Assembly (NCBI GenBank): GCA_003144275.1
Contig: NJBF01000016.1
Span: forward strand, 1 to 32,000
Length of the DNA stretch: 32,000 nt
Source: Candidatus Heimdallarchaeota archaeon B3_Heim
GTDB lineage: Archaea; Asgardarchaeota; Heimdallarchaeia; Hodarchaeales; Hodarchaeaceae
Direction of reading: 5' to 3'
The position numbers and the translations under genes were made by a program. The notes below the pieces were generated by a model that was not told the origin of the DNA, searched no databases, and worked only from the letters and a program-made list of their open reading frames with translations. Shown one piece after another: positions 27,729 through 32,000 of this stretch. Numbering within the stretch: the stretch's first letter is position 1; every line of letters begins with the position of its first letter.

Positions 27729-28025
27729 TCATCCTCCTCCTACAATTTCCAAAAAACCAATTCGATCAACTCTTACCCGATCTTTGGAGGTTAAAATGGT
27801 ATCTAACCTAGTTGTTGATCGATTCACCACATGTCCATTTACCAAAAGAATTGTTGCTTGATGCAATTTTTTATGATCAAGAAGAAGTGACTTTAAATCA
27901 GGATCCTTTTGGATTAAAGTGTTTACTACATCCCGTATTGTAGGTTCTTTATCTAGTATCTCTAACTCGATTTCAGAACCCAGATTTACCCCTAATTTTC
28001 CAAAAAGTTGAACATGTATTTTCAT
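27729..28025 (-). CDS. MoaD/ThiS/Urm1-like ubiquitin-fold sulfur carrier ending in GGG
   Basis: MKIHVQLFG, ILLVNG, C-terminal IVGGG-stop; directly upstream of the Mo-enzyme genes. Confidence 0.88.
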   Translation of the reverse strand: MKIHVQLFGKLGVNLGSEIELEILDKEPTIRDVVNTLIQKDPDLKSLLLDHKKLHQATILLVNGHVVNRSTTRLDTILTSKDRVRVDRIGFLEIVGGG

Positions 28026-28141
28026 TGTAATTGGGATAGTTTAGATATAATCTGTTGAAATATTTTCTTCTTTCTAGGGTTTTTGAAGATTAAATGCAAA
28101 AAGAAGAAAATCTGACCCTGTCTGAATTTGTTACAATTCAC

Positions 28142-29032
28142 TTAAAGAGTAGGAAGAAATAAGAAAAACACTCCCAGTACAATCAAAGATGCTGCAAAAA
28201 GTCGTTGCCTAATGTCTTCCTTAAATAGAATACGTGCTAGAACCATTGCAAAAAATATATTAAGAGCTCCAATCGGTTCGACTATGGAAACATCTAGATA
28301 ATTAAAAGCTACAATCAATACTAGATACGAATAGGCATTTGTAAGACCTGAAACTACACTAATACTTGGATTTGTTTTGATGACATGATAAGGCTCGATC
28401 ACTTGTCCTTTAAATATCAAAATGGTAAACAATATAATAGTGATCAACAGATATATCAAGAAGGCATAAACTTCAGGTGTAAAATTATCTGTTGCAGCAA
28501 AACCATCAATTATTCTTCCTATTGCCATTAAAAGTGATGCACTAACCATTAACTGGGCTGATGTATTAGTAAATACTTGTTTTAAAGAATTTTTAAATGA
28601 AGATCCCTTTTGCAAATAAGATAAACCAATAAATATTGACACTACACCAATTAATTTCATCAGTGTAATTTCTTCACCAAGTAAGATAGTAGAGAATAGT
28701 AATAAGAATATTAAGTTAAAATTATATAGGGGAGTAACTAAACTAATATCTCCTTCTTTTAACGAAGCGGTATACATCCAAAAGGCAAATGAATAGAATA
28801 TACTTGACATTATAGGAAAAATTATCATTTCCGAAATTTTAATATGCATTATAGCAAATGGGAATAGACTTACTGCCCCAAATCCGAAAAAAACTGTCGT
28901 TATTGCAAGTGATTTATCCTCGATTGAGTCTTTACCTAGTAATTTCAAAAATATTCTTTCAAAACCTAGAAGAATTATCCTGACAACCAATGCTAGAGTT
29001 AATATTCCAGTACTCACAAAATTACTTTCCAA
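28142..29032 (-). CDS. EamA/DMT-family transporter
   Basis: ~10 TM helices in two repeats; GDISLVTPL, LLGEEIT, LDVSIVEPI, LFKE. Confidence 0.9.
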   Translation of the reverse strand: MESNFVSTGILTLALVVRIILLGFERIFLKLLGKDSIEDKSLAITTVFFGFGAVSLFPFAIMHIKISEMIIFPIMSSIFYSFAFWMYTASLKEGDISLVTPLYNFNLIFLLLFSTILLGEEITLMKLIGVVSIFIGLSYLQKGSSFKNSLKQVFTNTSAQLMVSASLLMAIGRIIDGFAATDNFTPEVYAFLIYLLITIILFTILIFKGQVIEPYHVIKTNPSISVVSGLTNAYSYLVLIVAFNYLDVSIVEPIGALNIFFAMVLARILFKEDIRQRLFAASLIVLGVFFLFLPTL

Positions 29033-29737
29033 TTAGGTCGATTCTATCAGATCAACTAGTTGAGAATAATTCTGAATTGTTCGAAATGATGGCGTAATAA
29101 CTTTTGCTTCCTGTTCCTCGTTTGGGTTGAACCAAATAGGTGTAATTCCGATAAAGGCTGCAGGATTGATATCATGTTTCAATGAATCTCCTACCATGAA
29201 AGTATTTTCTGGAATACCTCTCATCAGTGACAACGTATGATAGAAGATTAGTGGATGAGGTTTTTCATGGCCAACAGCTTCCGAGGTAACAATCTCCTCA
29301 AACATATCTCCAAGGCCTAAGAGACTTATTTTTCTATATTGGATGTTTGCCTGCATATTAGTAATAATGCCCAAACGATAATTTTTCCTTTTTAACGAAT
29401 CTAATGCATCTTTCAACCCTGGATATGGAGTCATTTTTTCATAAAAACCAGCATAATATCCATCTAGAAGAGCTGAAATTAAATCAGTATTCGGAATACC
29501 AGTTGCTATTTCAACAAACTTTTGAAAGTACAAAGCTCGAGAATGTGAGGCAGCAGAATCAGCTAAAAATCTCTTAATCCAAGAACGACTGTCTGAATAC
29601 AGTTTACTAAAGTCTGCAAACTCCATGTTTGCTCCTTGCTCATTCCAACTTTTGTGAGCTTGAGTAAGCCCTCTTCGTTGAGCTGTGTCATAATCATATA
29701 GCGTACCATCTAGATCAAAGAGAACAATTTTGGACAA
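29033..29737 (-). CDS. HAD-superfamily hydrolase (subfamily IA, YjjG/nucleotidase-like)
   Basis: FDLDGTL, GIITN, KPHP, MVGDS..DI. TTG 29737 preferred (AGGTG upstream). Confidence 0.9.
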   Translation of the reverse strand: MSKIVLFDLDGTLYDYDTAQRRGLTQAHKSWNEQGANMEFADFSKLYSDSRSWIKRFLADSAASHSRALYFQKFVEIATGIPNTDLISALLDGYYAGFYEKMTPYPGLKDALDSLKRKNYRLGIITNMQANIQYRKISLLGLGDMFEEIVTSEAVGHEKPHPLIFYHTLSLMRGIPENTFMVGDSLKHDINPAAFIGITPIWFNPNEEQEAKVITPSFRTIQNYSQLVDLIEST

Positions 29738-29877
29738 AAAACAACACCTATAGTCTGTGCACAATAAATGAATTTCACTGCTTTAAGAATTTTTCAGCTA
29801 TGCTCTATGATTTGTATGAAATAAAAAAAGAAAATGGAAAACTAAGCATCAAAAAAGTTGCTTAAATTTTTTTTGCT

Positions 29878-30750
29878 CTATTGCCTCATAGAATCTATCA
29901 GTTTCTGGAGTTGAGGTAAATTTGCTTCCCGTTTAAACAGGGGATCCTTATTTGTTTTATAAACTGGCAAATAATCTTCAAAAGTTGGTTTTTCATTCTT
30001 ATAGAAAACCCCCAAAGGTAATTTCCCTTTCTCGGTAGCTCTTTTGAAAGCCTCAGTTCTATTTTTTGGATCATATGATTCTTCTAGATAATATACATTT
30101 TCCCTGAACCATTTCCACGTGTTTATCTTATTAAATGATACACAAGGTTGGAGGATATCAACAAAAGAATATCCTTTGAAAGAAATAGCTTGTTTAATTA
30201 CTTCAAAAGATTTTTCTTGGTCTGCAATTGAAACTCGTGCAACGAAAGCTGCATCTAATGCAATAGCTAGTGCTAATGGATTAAATGGTTCATTGGTAAC
30301 ACCTTGTACCTGAACTGGTGTAATAAATCCAAACTGGCTGGTTGGTGAAGCTTGACCTTTGGTTAATCCGTATACCATGTTATCGTGTGCAAGATGGGTA
30401 ATATTTGGGTTTCTCAGGATATTATGGATAAAATGGTTACCACCTTCACCAAATGAACATCCATCGCCACTTTCAACAATGACGGTAAGCTCAGGATTAG
30501 CTGCTTTAACTGCCATTGCTGCAGCTACTGCTCGTCCGTGTAGACCATTAAAAACGTTAGTTTTCAGATAATGAGGAGTTTTTGCCGCTTGACCTATACC
30601 CGATGCCATGACCAATTTTTCAGGCTTTATATCTAATTCAGTTAATGCTTGTTTGACAATTTTTAAAATACTAAAATTTCCACATCCGGGGCACCACGCC
30701 ACGTCTGTTTCATGGGGCATATCATAAATACTTGTATCCATGTATTTCAT
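29878..30750 (-). CDS. korB: 2-oxoacid:ferredoxin oxidoreductase beta subunit
   Basis: [37 protein letters not shown]. Confidence 0.95.
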   Translation of the reverse strand: MKYMDTSIYDMPHETDVAWCPGCGNFSILKIVKQALTELDIKPEKLVMASGIGQAAKTPHYLKTNVFNGLHGRAVAAAMAVKAANPELTVIVESGDGCSFGEGGNHFIHNILRNPNITHLAHDNMVYGLTKGQASPTSQFGFITPVQVQGVTNEPFNPLALAIALDAAFVARVSIADQEKSFEVIKQAISFKGYSFVDILQPCVSFNKINTWKWFRENVYYLEESYDPKNRTEAFKRATEKGKLPLGVFYKNEKPTFEDYLPVYKTNKDPLFKREANLPQLQKLIDSMRQ

Positions 30751-30753
30751 CTC

Positions 30754-31998
30754 CTAAATCTTCTCAATAAACTCCTTCACTTCTTCTACACTGAAAGGCA
30801 TACCGTTATATTTCAGAAATTGATCGGGTTTGATGTTGTACTCCAATGTAATCACTTTTCCGAATTGAGCGGTAGCATTGTTTTCAACTACAACAACCTT
30901 TTTTGCTTTTTTCAGGTAATCAATAGTATCTTCTGATAATGGATACACTTGTTTGAAATGGAGAAAAGCCACATCTTTTCGGGTCGATAGCTCTAGAGCT
31001 TCTTTCACAGCACTATAGGTTGACCCCCAGCCTATCAGCAAAATAGAATAATCTGTAGGGCCAATTAATTCAGGTTTAACGAAATCTTCTTTTAATAATT
31101 TGAGTTTTTTATATAGACGCTTATCTACCATTTTGGGTCGTAAATCATGGACATCCTCTGTAATGTGGCCTTCTTCATCGTGTTCATCACTATCCACATT
31201 TACTAATCCCGATCCATAACCTGGGATTCCCCGAGGAGAAATGCCATTCTCTGTAAGGAGATATCGTTTGTAGTTTTCATCCGTCTTTTCGATATACTTC
31301 GTATTTTTAATGTTTGTAAGATCCAGATCGGGAAGGCTATAATGTGAATCAACGAGGAATTGATCACTAAGTATGAATACTGGAACTTGATACTTATCTG
31401 CGAGATTAAATGCGTGCTGAGTCAGAAAAAAAGCTTCTTCTGCATTTCCAGGAGCAAAAATTGCCCGTGCGAATTCTCCATGACCGCCATTTAGTACAAA
31501 TTGTAAGTCCTCTTGACCTGTTCGCGTTGGAAGTCCTGTTCCTGGTCCAGGACGCTGTGCTATGTGGAAGACCATTGGAGTTTCTAAAATTCCTGACAAT
31601 GATAGTCCTTCGGTCATAAGAGCAAAACCTCCTCCAGAAGTTGTAATCATTGCTCTTGCACCAGCGTACCATGCGCCAATTCCTTTGTTGACCGCAGCAA
31701 TTTCATCTTCTGCCTGATCTATTATAATCCCAAAATCTTCTGCCTTTTGGGAAAGGAAGACCAATACTCCTGTCGAGGGGGACATAGGATAAGAGGAGAT
31801 AAAGTTGAGTCCTGCTGCGATACTTCCCATTGCGATTGCTTGTGATCCATTTAATGTAAGATAGTTCTTTACTGAATCATCTTTTTGAAGATCAATTTTA
31901 AGTTTCCCATCTTCTAGCATTTGATTCCCGATCTCGCTACCGCGCTGGCAAGCCTTTATATTGTTTTGGAGAATAGTATCTCCTTTTGATGAGAATCT
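30754..31998 (-). CDS. korA: 2-oxoacid:ferredoxin oxidoreductase alpha subunit (5'-truncated by the window edge)
   Basis: YPMSPST, QAEDEIAA, TSGGGFALMTE, QRPGPGTGLPT, DSDEHDEEG. The frame stays open upstream of ATG 31920 to the window end (RFSSKGDTILQNNIKACQRG), so the true start lies outside. Confidence 0.93.
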   Translation of the reverse strand, partial: RFSSKGDTILQNNIKACQRGSEIGNQMLEDGKLKIDLQKDDSVKNYLTLNGSQAIAMGSIAAGLNFISSYPMSPSTGVLVFLSQKAEDFGIIIDQAEDEIAAVNKGIGAWYAGARAMITTSGGGFALMTEGLSLSGILETPMVFHIAQRPGPGTGLPTRTGQEDLQFVLNGGHGEFARAIFAPGNAEEAFFLTQHAFNLADKYQVPVFILSDQFLVDSHYSLPDLDLTNIKNTKYIEKTDENYKRYLLTENGISPRGIPGYGSGLVNVDSDEHDEEGHITEDVHDLRPKMVDKRLYKKLKLLKEDFVKPELIGPTDYSILLIGWGSTYSAVKEALELSTRKDVAFLHFKQVYPLSEDTIDYLKKAKKVVVVENNATAQFGKVITLEYNIKPDQFLKYNGMPFSVEEVKEFIEKI

Positions 31999-32000
31999 TT

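Noticed and set aside
1367-31672. Short antisense or out-of-frame track ORFs (e.g. 1367..1669, 4248..4436, 5684..5896, 6518..6721, 6879..7142, 7120..7389, 8341..8763, 9266..9476, 9818..10333, 12055..12910, 13062..13295, 16303..18547, 22700..22897, 23770..25982, 30119..31672)
   Set aside because: They lie within or largely overlap well-supported genes, carry no motifs and look like shadow frames.
1-32000. CRISPR array, tRNA or rRNA genes
   Set aside because: No regularly spaced repeats, cloverleaf-like GC-rich segments or rRNA-like tracts were seen by eye. tRNAscan-SE and Infernal would be needed for a firm negative.

Overview
Archaeal window, most likely from an Asgard archaeon (inference: a Rab-like small GTPase sits beside A/V-type ATPase membrane subunits and GGTGA/GGAGG-type ribosome-binding sites). 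About 1-5430 is an AT-rich, decaying accessory/defence patch. It holds a frameshifted, truncated remnant of an LpnPI/AspBHI-type 5mC-dependent restriction enzyme; a ~627-codon P-loop ATPase gene broken by one in-frame TAA between Walker A and Walker B; a coupled membrane protein; and a ~1.6 kb IS with terminal inverted repeats whose DDE transposase has a very long D-to-E insertion. The rest is core/metabolic: Rab-like GTPase, acyl-CoA dehydrogenase-EtfB-EtfA, a FadF/EMO-type membrane Fe-S oxidoreductase, a lipid kinase, enolase, PEP synthase, a Cys-less homolog of a group-4 [NiFe]-hydrogenase large subunit transcribed divergently from an isolated ATPase I-C-K cluster, a three-subunit xanthine-dehydrogenase-family molybdoenzyme with a MoaD/ubiquitin-like gene and an AtpZ-like gene, EamA, a HAD hydrolase and KorBA (KorA runs off the right edge). 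No rRNA, tRNA or CRISPR array was recognised. All family assignments come from motif recognition, not database searches.
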